DNA from: a virus
Strand: one strand, 5' to 3'
DNA: 64,000 bases
IMG/VR virus record: IMGVR_UViG_3300038393_001027
Span: 47,152-111,151 of that record
A program made the translations under genes and the position numbers. This document shows positions 36,448 to 47,700 of the stretch, one piece after another. Below the pieces are notes generated by a model. It made no database searches and was not told the DNA's origin. It was given only the letters and a program-made list of their open reading frames with translations. Positions within the stretch are counted from its first letter, which is position 1. Every line of letters begins with the position of its first letter.

Positions 36448-36699
36448 TTACTTGGAAGTTTGGAGGTACGGGGCCGCCTCAGGCGGCGGGGTGATGTCGT
36501 GCTTCTGCATGGCCGGGGCCAGCTTCTGCCAGATGGCGGCGATCGTCTCTTCACAAGTCTGCGGGTCATGAGCCATTTCCCGCCGGAAGCCGGGGATCCC
36601 CTGCCGGAAGTACTGCACCGTAGCGGCTACTTCCTTGGGACCCTCGTTCTCGATGCCCTTATACATGGCAACGTTGAACCGGGGTTCCTTGTTCGCCAC
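36448..36699 (-). CDS. small hypothetical protein
   Basis: GAGGAGGT RBS; AMYK/G motif near the N-terminus. Confidence 0.7.
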   Translation of the reverse strand: MANKEPRFNVAMYKGIENEGPKEVAATVQYFRQGIPGFRREMAHDPQTCEETIAAIWQKLAPAMQKHDITPPPEAAPYLQTSK

Positions 36700-36705
36700 G
36701 GTGCC

Positions 36706-39700
36706 CTACCTCCTCAGCAAGATAACGTGTGCAAGGTTGCCAAAGGACTTCGCCACGGCCAGTTCCCGTTCCTTCTGGGTGAAGCCGTGCTTCTCTGCCA
36801 GCCGGGCGGCCTGCGCCTCCAACTGGTCGGCCCGGCGGTTCAGGTTCTTCTGATGGACCTTCCAAGCCTGCGTGCTGAGCATTTCCGTGTAGTTCTCGCT
36901 GACCATCTTCCGCTGTTCGGGGTCCCACACCTTGCGGGTGCGCTCCTGATAGCGGTTCTGGGCGTTCTTCCGGACGTCAGCCGCCATCCGGGTCAGCGAC
37001 TCGTGCTTGCGCCGGGCCGCTTCCACCGGGTCAGCCTTGGACGCCTTCTGGGCACCGAAGCGCTTGTGCTCGCCTGCCAGCGCCGCCTTGTAGCCCGGCC
37101 CGGCCGGAACGTCACCGACGAAGCCTTCAGCCGCTCGGGTAGCCTGCTCAACCGCTTGGATGTTGGAAACCTTGCGGTCGTGTGCGTTCAGGATGTCGTT
37201 GTGGATCGTACCCGGAAGGAAGGGTGACTCGACGGATACCGTGTTGTCAGCGCCCAGCGCCGCCCGCTTCCCCTTGGAGTCGGAGCGCCGGGTACGGGCA
37301 ACCTTCTGCGCCGTCTTCTGCGGGTTCCATTCGTGGTCAAGGCTCAGGAACAGTTGGCCTGTACCGAAGTCCTTGCCCTCCTTGGCCGCCGAAGACATGA
37401 TCATAATGTTGGGGCCGTTCCGGTCGTTGAACGTAGCGGCGCCCTGATCACGGGTCACGGCGTCATCCTCACCCGTGTAGGTGGCATGCTTCAGCTTTGG
37501 GTAGTCGCGTTGGATCTCCCGCACGACGTTCTCCAGCACCTTGGTGCCCAGCGCCACGTACTGCGACGACAGGACAATCTTCGGCGGGACTTCTGGCTGA
37601 CCAGCCGCCCGGCGGTTAGCATTTAGCTCTTCAAGGGCGCCCAAGTGCTTGCGGATGCGCTCACCCATCCATTTTGCCATGGGGCTGTTCTTGTGGAGCG
37701 GTACGAACTTCTTGCCATCCATCACACCGTGGAAGCCCGTCTTGGGGTCCGTATGCAGGGCCGCCACAGCCGCCGCCTCAGCGCCTGCGTCAAGCTCGTC
37801 GCCCGCATTCTTGAGCGCCCGTGCGTACTCCGTGTGTCGATGCAGGGCCTCCCAAGCGTCTGGGGCGTTCATGAACTGCTGAAGCTTGTTCACACCAGAC
37901 AGGTAGCCCGTAGCAGATGACCCAGCGGCGTTGTCATAGCCCGTTGCCGCGTCGCCGCGAAGCTTGGAAAGCTCGTTGGCGCCCATCAGGTCCTTCTCAA
38001 GCTTGAAGTACCGCTCGTAGAAGTTCTTGTGGAAGTCGTCTAGCTGGTTCAGATCCGGGGTGTACATGTTGTAGTCGGCGCCCGACTTCAACTGCTCCAC
38101 CTTGGTATTGAAGTGGGGGTGAACCGGGACCTTGGCGCCGTGGAAAGCGTTCGGCTCACCCACAACACCCTCTGGCCGGGCGATGTCAGGGAACTCAACG
38201 CCCACATCCTCACCCTTGCGGAATTGGACGTACTTCGCCAGCGTCTTGCCCAGTTCCTCCATCTTGTCCGGGTGGACCCGGATGACCTTGCCGCCCTTGC
38301 GCTCGAAGAAGTTGTTTAGGAACTCCTCCTTCGAACCAAGCCCGTGCTGGCCCATCGTACCCATGTTGACGAGGTTCCAAAGCTCCGTCGGGTCGTTCTC
38401 CATCGGCGTGCCCGACAGACCCCAGACGTTCTGGACGCCCTTGGCGCCCGCCACATCCTGCAGGGCCGTACCGCGCGAGCCGTCAGGCTTCTTCAGGTTG
38501 TGAACCTCATCCAGTACCATCGTGTCGAAGTCGCCCCCGGTGAACAGGTGGGCGTTCTTGGCGAAGAAGTCCTGCGACACAACGATGACGTCATGGTCCA
38601 CTGTGCTCATGTCCAGTGGAGACTTGTCACTGTGCGCCAGATAGGGCGCCCGCAGGTCCTCTTCTGGTGTCACCGTACCAAACATGCCGCCCCGGCCGCC
38701 GCTAGGACCGCCAACCACGGCGATCTTGACGTTGGTGTGTCGCTTGAACTCCTTCAGCCAGTCCGATCGGATGCCTGACGGCGCCACGATAACGGACTTC
38801 TTCTGGGGCAGACCCGCCGCCTCAGCTTCAGCCATCTTGTCCACGATGCCCAAGACGCCTAGCTGGGTCTTGCCCGTGCCCATGCCGTGTCCAGCGACGC
38901 CACGCTTGCGGGTGCGCAGAAAGTGCACGCCCTGAAGCTGTGTGTCGTAAAACTGCTGGGTGGTCCACTTCTTGGAGTCTTCTTTGAGCAGGCGCTTGAG
39001 CGCTTCCGCCTTCTTCCCGCCCGCCTTGACGATCTCAGCAGGCTGGTACTTGGCCGCACGCTCTTCCTTGGTCAGGAAGCCTTCCGGCCGCGACTGCTCT
39101 TCAAGGTACTTGTTGGTAACCTCGTTGGCCTTGTCGGTCAGGGTGAAGCCGCCAAAGACCTCACGGAACTTGTCGAACTGGGCCAGCGACATCTTGGCCT
39201 GCCCGTTCTTGTCCACGGGGAGCTTCAGGTCCTCCGTGAACGTCTGCCGGAAGGCCTCCGGCACATGGGCAACCAGATGATCCTTGCCCCAGTCCAGAAG
39301 CGGCAGTGAGCCAGTCAGGGTGTCACGCTTGCGCACGTGGCTAAGCTGGGCGTTGTCGGTGCTGACCTTGAAGGTTTGGTCACCAACTCGGACGCGCATA
39401 ACGCCCGTCTTCTCGCCATCATGCACATATTCATGCTCGATGACGCCTTCCTGCCACTTCGACTGGCCCTTCATCCGGAAGCGGATCCCGTTGCCCTCTT
39501 CGTGGGCAACCTTCTTCATGGCCGTGGTCTTGGTCTTTCCCTCAACCAGCTTGCCATTCTTGAACAGGGCCTTTTGCTTCTGCGCCGGGTCAGTTAGATC
39601 CGCTGAATCGGCGTAGAGCATCCCATCCCATGGGCCGCCGACAACGGTTGGGGTCCCCAGACCGTTGAACTGAAGCTGTAGATGGTGGTGGGCGCCCTTA

Positions 39701-42700
39701 CCAGCCTCCCACTGCGAGTTGCTGATCGTCACCCATGCTTTGCGGCCGATCGACTGGGTGATGGCAAAGTCCAGATCAAACTGAGACTGGATCCCGTTTG
39801 GCATGGAAGACGTGTTGAGCAACTGGCGCATCACCGGGTCCGTTAGCTGACCGTCAGCGCCTACATGGTAGGTAGCAATCCGGCCGTCCGGCATGCGCTT
39901 CTTGAAGGTGATCGACCCGTCATCGGCCACTTTGGGTACCAGATCTTCGGCCCGGCTCAGTTCCCGCTTGGCGGCCTTGCGCTGGACGTCGGCGGCGGCG
40001 TTATCCGTCTTCGACAGGACGCCGCTCCATTCATCCTCCGTCAAAACGGCCAGCTTGTGCGTGTCCTTGTCGGCGTAGTCGGCCCCGTACGCCCACTTCT
40101 CCATCAGTTCGGGGAGCATCAAGCCCTTCTTCCCGCCTGTGGTCCCGTGGACCTTATCGTAGGCCTCCTGCCCGCCCTTGGCGTCGTAGAGCATACCCAG
40201 CAGAGCGCCATAGCTCGACTCGTGCTTCGATACACCCTTGCCGCCTGCGTCATCGATGGACCAGACGTCACCCAACTGGGACGTCAAACCCTCGCCGCCC
40301 TTGGCGCCCTTGTCAGCCGCCTTACCCAGCTTGATCTCAAAGGCAACGCGCTTTCCGTTTGGCCCGGTTGCCATGTAGTAGCCGGGCGGCAGATAGCGGC
40401 GGCCTTCTTTGATCTGCTTGAAGTCGTCAGTAGAGCGGAACTGGTCCCGATGCTCCATGAAGCGTCGCCGCAGTTCTTCCACATCGTCCGTTACGTGGGC
40501 GGTCTTGGCGTCACGTGCTGACGCCGCATCCTGCTGGGCAAGCTCTTCCCCAACATCGTCGGTCTTCTCGTGGAAGTCATGCTCGGCCCGGACCTCGCCC
40601 TCATCATCTAGCTCCTGATGCTTGCCGGACTCCGGGTTGTACCCGGAGTCTGCATCACCAGAGTCATAGAGGATGGAAGGATTGTCCCCGCCCTGAATCA
40701 GGATGTGGTGACCGCCCCATGTGATCCACGCAGAACCGGGGTTGTCCTGCAGGAGTTGCTCCGACCAAGTAAGGGCGCCTGACTTCTGGCTGAGCCGCCC
40801 CTGCTGGTCTTTCACATGGGACTCAAATCGTTGGCGGCCTGCACCACGGACCCACTCACGCACCTTCTGGTTGCGCCGGGTCCGATCCACCGCCGACAGA
40901 TGGCCGTTCGTGCCCATCGACTTCTGCAGGAAGTCAGCCGTGCTGATGGCCTTCTCCAGCAGGGAATCCGCCGGGAGGATCGGCTCGCCCAGCGTCAGGA
41001 TGACGCCTTCAGCACCGTGCGCCCGTACAGTCGTCATGATGTACTCAGTTGGACCCAGCCTGTCGGCGATGGCATCCAGCGACTTGACCACGATCTGCCG
41101 GGTGGGCGCCCAGTCACAGACCGACATGTCCAGCCCGTAAGCGGCCAGCGCGTCTTCCAGATCGGACTCAAAGAGCGACTTCAGCAGGGTGTTTCCCAGC
41201 CCAAAGCCCTTCATAACCAGTTCCTTGATGTGGCTAACCGCATCAGGGTTCTTGGTCACGTAGTCCTTCAGCTTCTTCAGACCCCGGCTGTACCGCTGGC
41301 GGGCGTTGTCGTGACTGATGCCCAGCGCCTGCGCAACGGCCGGGAAGTCGATCAGTTCGGCGCTACGCATGCCAGAACCAAGTCCGTGGCGTGCCTGAAT
41401 GACGGCCAGTTCGTTCTTGTCCAGCCCGGCATCGTTCAGGATGGCGTTCAGACCAGCCTTCTGCGCCTTCCGGACCTCGCCCGCCATGGCCTGCCGTTCC
41501 GTGTCGTTCTCACCCGCAACCTGCTCGTGCTTGGCGATGGCCTTGTCGGGGTGATCAGCGTCGGTCACGTTCCGGTCAAGGCTGGTCGTCTTGTTCAGGT
41601 GGTACAGTGACTCCATGGCCGCTACCTTGTCGCCCGTGGCGGTCAGGTACTCACCGCGCTTGCCCGGCTTGAGGAGCTTGACGTCAGCCCACTCAGGCTT
41701 GTTGGCGTCCAGCCAATCCCCGATGTTCGCCCGGTTGGCCGTCTTGCCTTCCTTCTCCAGCGCTGACTTGGCCTGATGGTACATGGCAAGGGGCGCCCGA
41801 AGCTCACGGGGGAGCTTGATCTGGTCGAACATGCCGTTGCCGTAGCGGCTCATCCGCTGTTGGGCTCGGGCGATGGCGTAGTTGGAGGGGTCCCGCAGGG
41901 CCTGCAGGCGCTCCAAGTTGCCGTTTTCCTTGTTCTGGTTCCACTCACGGACGCCTTCCAGCAAACCTGTGCGGAACTCCTGCGCCAAATCGGAGAAGTA
42001 GCCTGTGTCGATGCCGCTGATCTTCTCATAGGTCTGCACGTGGTCCAGACCCTTGGACTGCATGAACTTCTTCGCCATGTGGCGGGTCATGCCTTCCATA
42101 CGGTTCACGAAGTCTTCTTCGGTCACATGTGCCAGCCTCTCGAACTGGATGGGACCGCCTTCATACTCCCGAACCAGCCGGGGAACTTGGCGCCCGGAAG
42201 CGGTCTTTGCCATCTCGATCTTGGGGAGCCTGAAGTCACCCGAGTGCGTGCGGCCTGCGTTCTGCGCGTCGCCGAACATCTCCGCTACCTTGTCCTGCAG
42301 GGTGCCGAAGTCCTCACCTGTGGCCTCCTTCAGGTTGGCAACCTGCTGGGCGGCCTCCTGCTGGATGGTGTCGGGGGTGTTGGTGCCTTGCTTGTACTTG
42401 GCGCCCGTGCCGATGACCTTACCCTCAGCCTTCGTCCGGGTCAGCTTGTTCTCACCCGTCTTCTGGTCGCGGGTCCACGACGCGACCTCGATCGCCGGAG
42501 ACTCCTCGATGCGCTTCTTCTCAGCGGCCTTGCGCTGGCGGGCGGCCGTCTTTTGGGCCTTCTCCTTTGCCGCCGCCGTGCCCTTCTTGTGCGTCTGAAG
42601 CCGCTTGGCCGTCTCCTTGCCCGGCTTCAGCGCTTCAGCGGTCACCTTGGCCGCCTTCTTTACGCCCTTGTCAGCGTTGACCGTCTTGGCGGCGTGCGCC

Positions 42701-42996
42701 TGCTTGATCTCCGTGCGCTTCGCCATGTCAGCCGGAAGCGTCTCCGGGGCGATGGTGCCGTTGGCCCGGATGTAGATGTGGTGTCCCCGCATGGTGCGCC
42801 ACTCACCGCCGGGGTACTTCTGCTCTAAGTTGCTCCGATGTTGCGCTTCGATCTTAGTGGCCGGGGCTGATGCCTTCTTGACTGGGGCCGCCGCCTTCTT
42901 CGCCGGGGTCTTGGTCTTTGACGCAGATTTGGCGGGGGCCTTAGCCCCCGCCTTCTTCGCCGTGACCGCCTTCATCAGGTTGTCAGCGAAACCCAT
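36706..42996 (-). CDS. 2096-aa polyprotein: sigma70-family factor (aa ~290-580) plus SNF2-family ATPase (aa ~1345-1950); putative capsid cargo
   Basis: Sigma: DLAQEFRTGLLEGV, SNYA, IKLP, TSLD, LAVIQARHGL, VAQALGISHDNARQ...GLKKL. SNF2: GMGTGKT, DEVH, LSGTPMEN, EWNP. Confidence 0.85.
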   Translation of the reverse strand: MGFADNLMKAVTAKKAGAKAPAKSASKTKTPAKKAAAPVKKASAPATKIEAQHRSNLEQKYPGGEWRTMRGHHIYIRANGTIAPETLPADMAKRTEIKQAHAAKTVNADKGVKKAAKVTAEALKPGKETAKRLQTHKKGTAAAKEKAQKTAARQRKAAEKKRIEESPAIEVASWTRDQKTGENKLTRTKAEGKVIGTGAKYKQGTNTPDTIQQEAAQQVANLKEATGEDFGTLQDKVAEMFGDAQNAGRTHSGDFRLPKIEMAKTASGRQVPRLVREYEGGPIQFERLAHVTEEDFVNRMEGMTRHMAKKFMQSKGLDHVQTYEKISGIDTGYFSDLAQEFRTGLLEGVREWNQNKENGNLERLQALRDPSNYAIARAQQRMSRYGNGMFDQIKLPRELRAPLAMYHQAKSALEKEGKTANRANIGDWLDANKPEWADVKLLKPGKRGEYLTATGDKVAAMESLYHLNKTTSLDRNVTDADHPDKAIAKHEQVAGENDTERQAMAGEVRKAQKAGLNAILNDAGLDKNELAVIQARHGLGSGMRSAELIDFPAVAQALGISHDNARQRYSRGLKKLKDYVTKNPDAVSHIKELVMKGFGLGNTLLKSLFESDLEDALAAYGLDMSVCDWAPTRQIVVKSLDAIADRLGPTEYIMTTVRAHGAEGVILTLGEPILPADSLLEKAISTADFLQKSMGTNGHLSAVDRTRRNQKVREWVRGAGRQRFESHVKDQQGRLSQKSGALTWSEQLLQDNPGSAWITWGGHHILIQGGDNPSILYDSGDADSGYNPESGKHQELDDEGEVRAEHDFHEKTDDVGEELAQQDAASARDAKTAHVTDDVEELRRRFMEHRDQFRSTDDFKQIKEGRRYLPPGYYMATGPNGKRVAFEIKLGKAADKGAKGGEGLTSQLGDVWSIDDAGGKGVSKHESSYGALLGMLYDAKGGQEAYDKVHGTTGGKKGLMLPELMEKWAYGADYADKDTHKLAVLTEDEWSGVLSKTDNAAADVQRKAAKRELSRAEDLVPKVADDGSITFKKRMPDGRIATYHVGADGQLTDPVMRQLLNTSSMPNGIQSQFDLDFAITQSIGRKAWVTISNSQWEAGKGAHHHLQLQFNGLGTPTVVGGPWDGMLYADSADLTDPAQKQKALFKNGKLVEGKTKTTAMKKVAHEEGNGIRFRMKGQSKWQEGVIEHEYVHDGEKTGVMRVRVGDQTFKVSTDNAQLSHVRKRDTLTGSLPLLDWGKDHLVAHVPEAFRQTFTEDLKLPVDKNGQAKMSLAQFDKFREVFGGFTLTDKANEVTNKYLEEQSRPEGFLTKEERAAKYQPAEIVKAGGKKAEALKRLLKEDSKKWTTQQFYDTQLQGVHFLRTRKRGVAGHGMGTGKTQLGVLGIVDKMAEAEAAGLPQKKSVIVAPSGIRSDWLKEFKRHTNVKIAVVGGPSGGRGGMFGTVTPEEDLRAPYLAHSDKSPLDMSTVDHDVIVVSQDFFAKNAHLFTGGDFDTMVLDEVHNLKKPDGSRGTALQDVAGAKGVQNVWGLSGTPMENDPTELWNLVNMGTMGQHGLGSKEEFLNNFFERKGGKVIRVHPDKMEELGKTLAKYVQFRKGEDVGVEFPDIARPEGVVGEPNAFHGAKVPVHPHFNTKVEQLKSGADYNMYTPDLNQLDDFHKNFYERYFKLEKDLMGANELSKLRGDAATGYDNAAGSSATGYLSGVNKLQQFMNAPDAWEALHRHTEYARALKNAGDELDAGAEAAAVAALHTDPKTGFHGVMDGKKFVPLHKNSPMAKWMGERIRKHLGALEELNANRRAAGQPEVPPKIVLSSQYVALGTKVLENVVREIQRDYPKLKHATYTGEDDAVTRDQGAATFNDRNGPNIMIMSSAAKEGKDFGTGQLFLSLDHEWNPQKTAQKVARTRRSDSKGKRAALGADNTVSVESPFLPGTIHNDILNAHDRKVSNIQAVEQATRAAEGFVGDVPAGPGYKAALAGEHKRFGAQKASKADPVEAARRKHESLTRMAADVRKNAQNRYQERTRKVWDPEQRKMVSENYTEMLSTQAWKVHQKNLNRRADQLEAQAARLAEKHGFTQKERELAVAKSFGNLAHVILLRR

Positions 42997-42998
42997 AG

Positions 42999-44795
42999 TC
43001 AGACCCTCCTCTGCTTGCCCAATTGGGACGGATGGATGATGAAGAGGGATTTCTGGATCCCGTTCTCACCCGTTGTCGGGTTGTAGTAGCGCTGTACACG
43101 GGCACCCGCCGCCTCATGGACCGGGCCGATGAGCAGACCGTGCGGCAGAGCCTGCTCAGCCTTGTAGATGGTCTGAGCGTTCAGGGCGCCCTGCTGGGTC
43201 TGTCCCTTGGCTTGCTTGGCGGCCTTACGTGCTTCATAGCCGCCGGATGCCCCCTGTTGGGACTTCTTCAGGGCGCCGATGTCCTTCCCAGCGGATCCCC
43301 ATGGGTCGCGCTTGTAGTCAGCATCGGACGGGCGCCTGCTGGCGTCAGCCTCCAGCGCCCTCAGGAAGTTCTCCTGTGCCTGCTGATCGAAGACGAACCG
43401 GGTCCCACCCATGTGCTTGGCGCCAACCTTCTGGAAGTAGGGCGCCGTCTCCGTCATGGCGTTGATGACAACCTTCTGACCTTCTGCCTTCTCAAAGACA
43501 GCCGCCAGTAGGCGGGACCCGGCGCCCGGCTGGACGCTCTCGACCCCCCGATGACTGGGTGCCGTCTCCAGATACTCAACAACCATGCCGCTGTAGTTCT
43601 GGTCAGGATGCATCCGGCAGAAGACAAAGCCTGCCCACTCCCCACCTGACTTCAGGCCGATGAAATGATGGGCCTGCTCATAGTGGTCCAAGCTCCCACT
43701 TGCCCGGTCGTCAACCAAATCGACCAGCGCCTTGCCGAAGTGTACTGGGTACTCCCCGGACTCTTCCCAGTCCTCCACAGCCGCGAAGATCTCGTCACCG
43801 CTGGGGTTCTCATAGAGTCCGAAGCCCTTCACCTTGTCGTAGGTTGCCAGTCGCCTACCTTGGGCGCCCTGTTGGGCACTGGAATGGCGGTTGACACCCT
43901 TACCAGTCCCGTCCTTCGGCAGGGTTTTCGGGTCGATGCCGCCTTTGCCGCCATTCACCGGGACCCGGCCCGGCCCGTCCTGTGTCCGGATGGCGCCTGC
44001 GGCGCCCTTACCTGACTGGGCGCCCGGCTTCTGCTTCAGGTCGTCATGCGTCATCATCTGACCCTCTCCGGTCGCCTGCTCTGTTTCCGGCTGGGCCGGG
44101 CCGACTTGGTTGTCAGCCGGGGCCTTCCCGTCGAACTTGGCGGCCTCCTTCTGGGGGTTGGCCGTTTTCTTAACCTGCTTCCACTCGTCTACGTTGCGGT
44201 AGGTCTCGTCGAAGATCTTGCCGTCTACCACCCACTGGTCGCCCCGCAGGCCTTCGACGAGGTAATCCCCGGCCTTGCCGTGCATGACCTCGCCGCCCCG
44301 GTTCTCCAGCGTCTTGACGGTGAAAGGCTCAGTCATCTTCTTCGCCCTGACAACCTCACTGGGGTCCTTAAAGAACTCCTCCCAGCCGTCATCACCTACA
44401 GCAGACCCAGCCGTCTGGCCTCCGCTTCCTGCGCTCTTGTCCGGGCGAAGATCACCTGATTTCGAACCAGAAGCCATTCGACCTCCGGCCGGGGCGCCCT
44501 TGCCTTGGTCCTCATCCGGCGCTTTCTGGGCCATCGACTCTTTTTCCGCCATGCCACGGCGCCCACCCCCCGCCGACTTCAGCAGGTCCACGGTAGCCAG
44601 CGCCTTGATGACGGTCGGGGACCGCAGGTTCATGATGTGGGCCGGGATGTCAGCCCCTGCCTTCTGCAGATCCTGAATGAGCCGGGCCACAACGTGATCT
44701 AGGGCGCCCTGCTCCTCGATCGACTTCACCACAGACGGGGAACGAAGGTAGTCCACCCGCGCTTCCAGATCTGCCTTGCTCGTGCCTACGGCCAT
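42999..44795 (-). CDS. PGDYG-like domain plus GNAT acetyltransferase protein; putative capsid cargo
   Basis: GKAGDYLVEG..G..W.V....F..TY; VEYLETAPSHRG...GAGSRLL...A......YFQKVG. Confidence 0.75.
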   Translation of the reverse strand: MAVGTSKADLEARVDYLRSPSVVKSIEEQGALDHVVARLIQDLQKAGADIPAHIMNLRSPTVIKALATVDLLKSAGGGRRGMAEKESMAQKAPDEDQGKGAPAGGRMASGSKSGDLRPDKSAGSGGQTAGSAVGDDGWEEFFKDPSEVVRAKKMTEPFTVKTLENRGGEVMHGKAGDYLVEGLRGDQWVVDGKIFDETYRNVDEWKQVKKTANPQKEAAKFDGKAPADNQVGPAQPETEQATGEGQMMTHDDLKQKPGAQSGKGAAGAIRTQDGPGRVPVNGGKGGIDPKTLPKDGTGKGVNRHSSAQQGAQGRRLATYDKVKGFGLYENPSGDEIFAAVEDWEESGEYPVHFGKALVDLVDDRASGSLDHYEQAHHFIGLKSGGEWAGFVFCRMHPDQNYSGMVVEYLETAPSHRGVESVQPGAGSRLLAAVFEKAEGQKVVINAMTETAPYFQKVGAKHMGGTRFVFDQQAQENFLRALEADASRRPSDADYKRDPWGSAGKDIGALKKSQQGASGGYEARKAAKQAKGQTQQGALNAQTIYKAEQALPHGLLIGPVHEAAGARVQRYYNPTTGENGIQKSLFIIHPSQLGKQRRV

Positions 44796-44798
44796 GGG

Positions 44799-47700
44799 TT
44801 ACTTCGCCCCCTTCTTGGGCTTGGCGCTGGTGGAAGATTTCTTCGTGGGTGAAGAAGTTCCCTTCTTAGTAGCCGCCGCTTCTGCCATTTCGTAGCCCGT
44901 CTTCTTCGACTTGGTAGTTTTACCCGTTGTGGCGTCTCGGATGATGGGCTTCTTACCCATTACCGAATCACCGAGAGACCCGCTTCCCTTGCCATAGAGC
45001 TTCTCCATGGCCGCCGCGCCCTCAGCCTTGATCTGTGCGTTGCGCTCGGCGTTCAGTTGGCGAGCCGTCTTGGGCTTGGCGGGAGCCTGCTCGGGCGCCG
45101 GGGCCGCCTTACCAGCCTTGACTGGGGCCGCTCCCAGATCCTGTGCCCTTACCTTGGTCCGGGCCGTCTTCGCCATCTCCGACTCAGACTTGGCCGCCGC
45201 CTTGGCGTTCTTGGCGGCCGCCCGCTCGTCAGCCGCCGCCTTGGCCTTGCTGTAGCTCTCCCGCGCCTTCGCCACGGCGCCTGCATCGGCGCCCAGCATC
45301 TCCAACACGTCAGCCACGGTCAGTTTGGAACTCACCTTGTTCGCGTCCACAGACCCATCAGACCCGAACACGTCAGCGATGAGCTTCCCCTTGCGCTCCA
45401 GCACACTCATCTTGCGCTGGTCAATCGAGTCAGCCATCTCAAACTGCTGGTGGTGGAAGTTGCTCTCCTGCCCCTGACGGTAGCCTCGGCCCAGCCGCTG
45501 TTCCATGGCCGCCGGAGTCCACTCGTAGTCCAGATCGATGTGCATGTTGGAGTTGGCCTGCAGGTTCATGCCTTCCGTCCCGGCCTTGGTCATCAGGATG
45601 ACCTTACCTTTGCCCGCGTTGAAGTCGATCTCGGCCTGATCACGGGCCTTCTTCGACGTCGATCCCTGCACATACAGGAAGTCGCTGTCACGGAAGCCAT
45701 GCTCAGCCTTCAACTGCTCCTTCAGGAACTCCAGCGTCCGGGGCGACTGTCCGAAGACGATCGTGCCCTTGCCGCCCTTGTAGTTGTTCTCTTCGTTGGT
45801 ACGTTCCCAGTTTGTGGCGATCTGGTCAGCCGCCTCCGTGATCTTGGGCGATGCATACCCCTTGGTCCGGATCTGCTTCAGGACGGGGTTGGCGGCCTTG
45901 ATGCCCAGCCCTTCCAGCGCCTCCGGGGTGTCGATCAGCCGGGGATCGATGGCGATCTGCTCCAGCCGCATAAGCTGGGTCAGCATGTGCATGTCCACCT
46001 TGGCGGCGCCGTCCATCCCCTGAAGCTCCTCAAGCATGGACCCGCGCAGGTTGCCGTAGAGCTTCTTCTGCGAATCGTCCATGTCCAGAACGGCCACATC
46101 ATGGGTCTTGGGCGGCATGGCGATCTTCACGCGGGGATCCTGCTTCTCCAACATGAAGAAGTAGGGCGCGATGAGCTTGCGCAGGTTCTCGCGCTCGTTC
46201 CCCTTCACGCCGACGACAACCTTGGTCTCGCCGTCACCCTTCAGGTTGGGGATGGTGTCATACTGGGCAAATTTCTGCACGAAGCGCTTCTTTTCACCCA
46301 GTACACCGGGGTTCATGAACTCCATGGCCCGGTAGGTCTCGTCCAGCTTGTTCATCATGGGGGTTGCTGTCAGCCACCATGTGAACTTCGGCGACATGTG
46401 CTCGAAGGCCGCCTTCGACCGGGCGCTCTTGGGATCCTTCAGGTAGTGCGCCTCGTCGAAGATGGCGATGTCGTTCTGCAGGGCGGCCTTGATCTGGGCG
46501 CCCTCGTTGGTCATGATGGCGTAGCTCATGACCACGTAGTCAGCCTTCTTGGCCTCCTTGTACAGGCGCTTGCGCTCCTCCGGGCCGCCGTCGATCTTCA
46601 CAACCTTCTTGCCGTCGAAGAACTTGTGGACCTCACGCTCCCAGCCGCCCAAACGGGACGCTGGGACCACGATGACAGTCGGACCCTTCGCCTTGCCCTC
46701 CTGCTTCAGCTTCTCAGCCGCCAGCAGACTGGTCAGGGTCTTGCCCAGACCCGTACCGAAGCCCAGAACACCCTTCTCGATGGTGTTCAGGTAGTGCACG
46801 CCGGACCACTGGTAGCCATGAGGCTTGATGCCCTTCTTCATGGATTTGATCTTGACCGGATCTTCCACCTGCTGGGCCAACTCGCCCGCCTTCGCCCGGT
46901 CGCCCTGTGACGTCAACTGCTTGTGCAGGGCCGGATGATCCTTCTTCAGGGCGTCCAGCGCCGACTGGTCAAAGCTGAACAGCGGGCCGAACTTATCCAC
47001 CAGCCCGGCCAGTTGCTTGGCGGGGAGCATGTCACCCGGCAACGTCCACCGGGGCTTTGGATAGCTGTCGTAGTAGGCGCCTGTCTTGGCAACGGCGTTC
47101 TTGAAGCTCCGGTGGGTCTTGTCGTTGTTGTTGTAGCCCACCATCTGGATGCGGTAGCTTCCATTTTCGAAGCTGACCGTGGGCCGCAGGCCTCCAGCCT
47201 GCTCTTCCTCGATCTGCTTCCGCTTTTGAGCCAGCCATTCAGCCCCTGAAATACCGCCGGACGGCCCACTTGCGGCCGGGGCGCCCGGCTGGGCCGGACC
47301 ACCTGCAGGCTCGCCCTTGTATGGGGGCGCCTTGGGGTCATGCCGGAAGGCGCCCTTGATGTTGTTCTTGAGCAGGTAGCCCAGTGCCTGCCCCGCATGA
47401 CCGCTGTCGGTCTTGATGGGGATGTGCCAGCCGGGGCTTTCGTCATTCTCCTTCCAGACGCCGCCCATGGCCTTGATCTGGTCCTTGTGCTCGAAGGTGT
47501 TGTTCTTGGCGCCACCCGGCAGAGTCTTTGGGATCACAAGCCAGCCACGGGCGCCGAAGCCATGTTGCTTCTCAACCTGCTTCAGGATGGCCTCAACCTT
47601 GTCACCCATACCAGAGGTGTCCCGAACGGTCGCCGTGGTGCTCGATGACGCCTCAGCCATCACCTCGCGGGCCTTCCGGGCGGCCAGCGTGTGATGCTCG

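Noticed and set aside
32394-46910. Long plus-strand ORFs (for example 32394..34595 and 45057..46910)
   Set aside because: Antisense shadows of GC-rich genes with no RBS or recognisable motifs.
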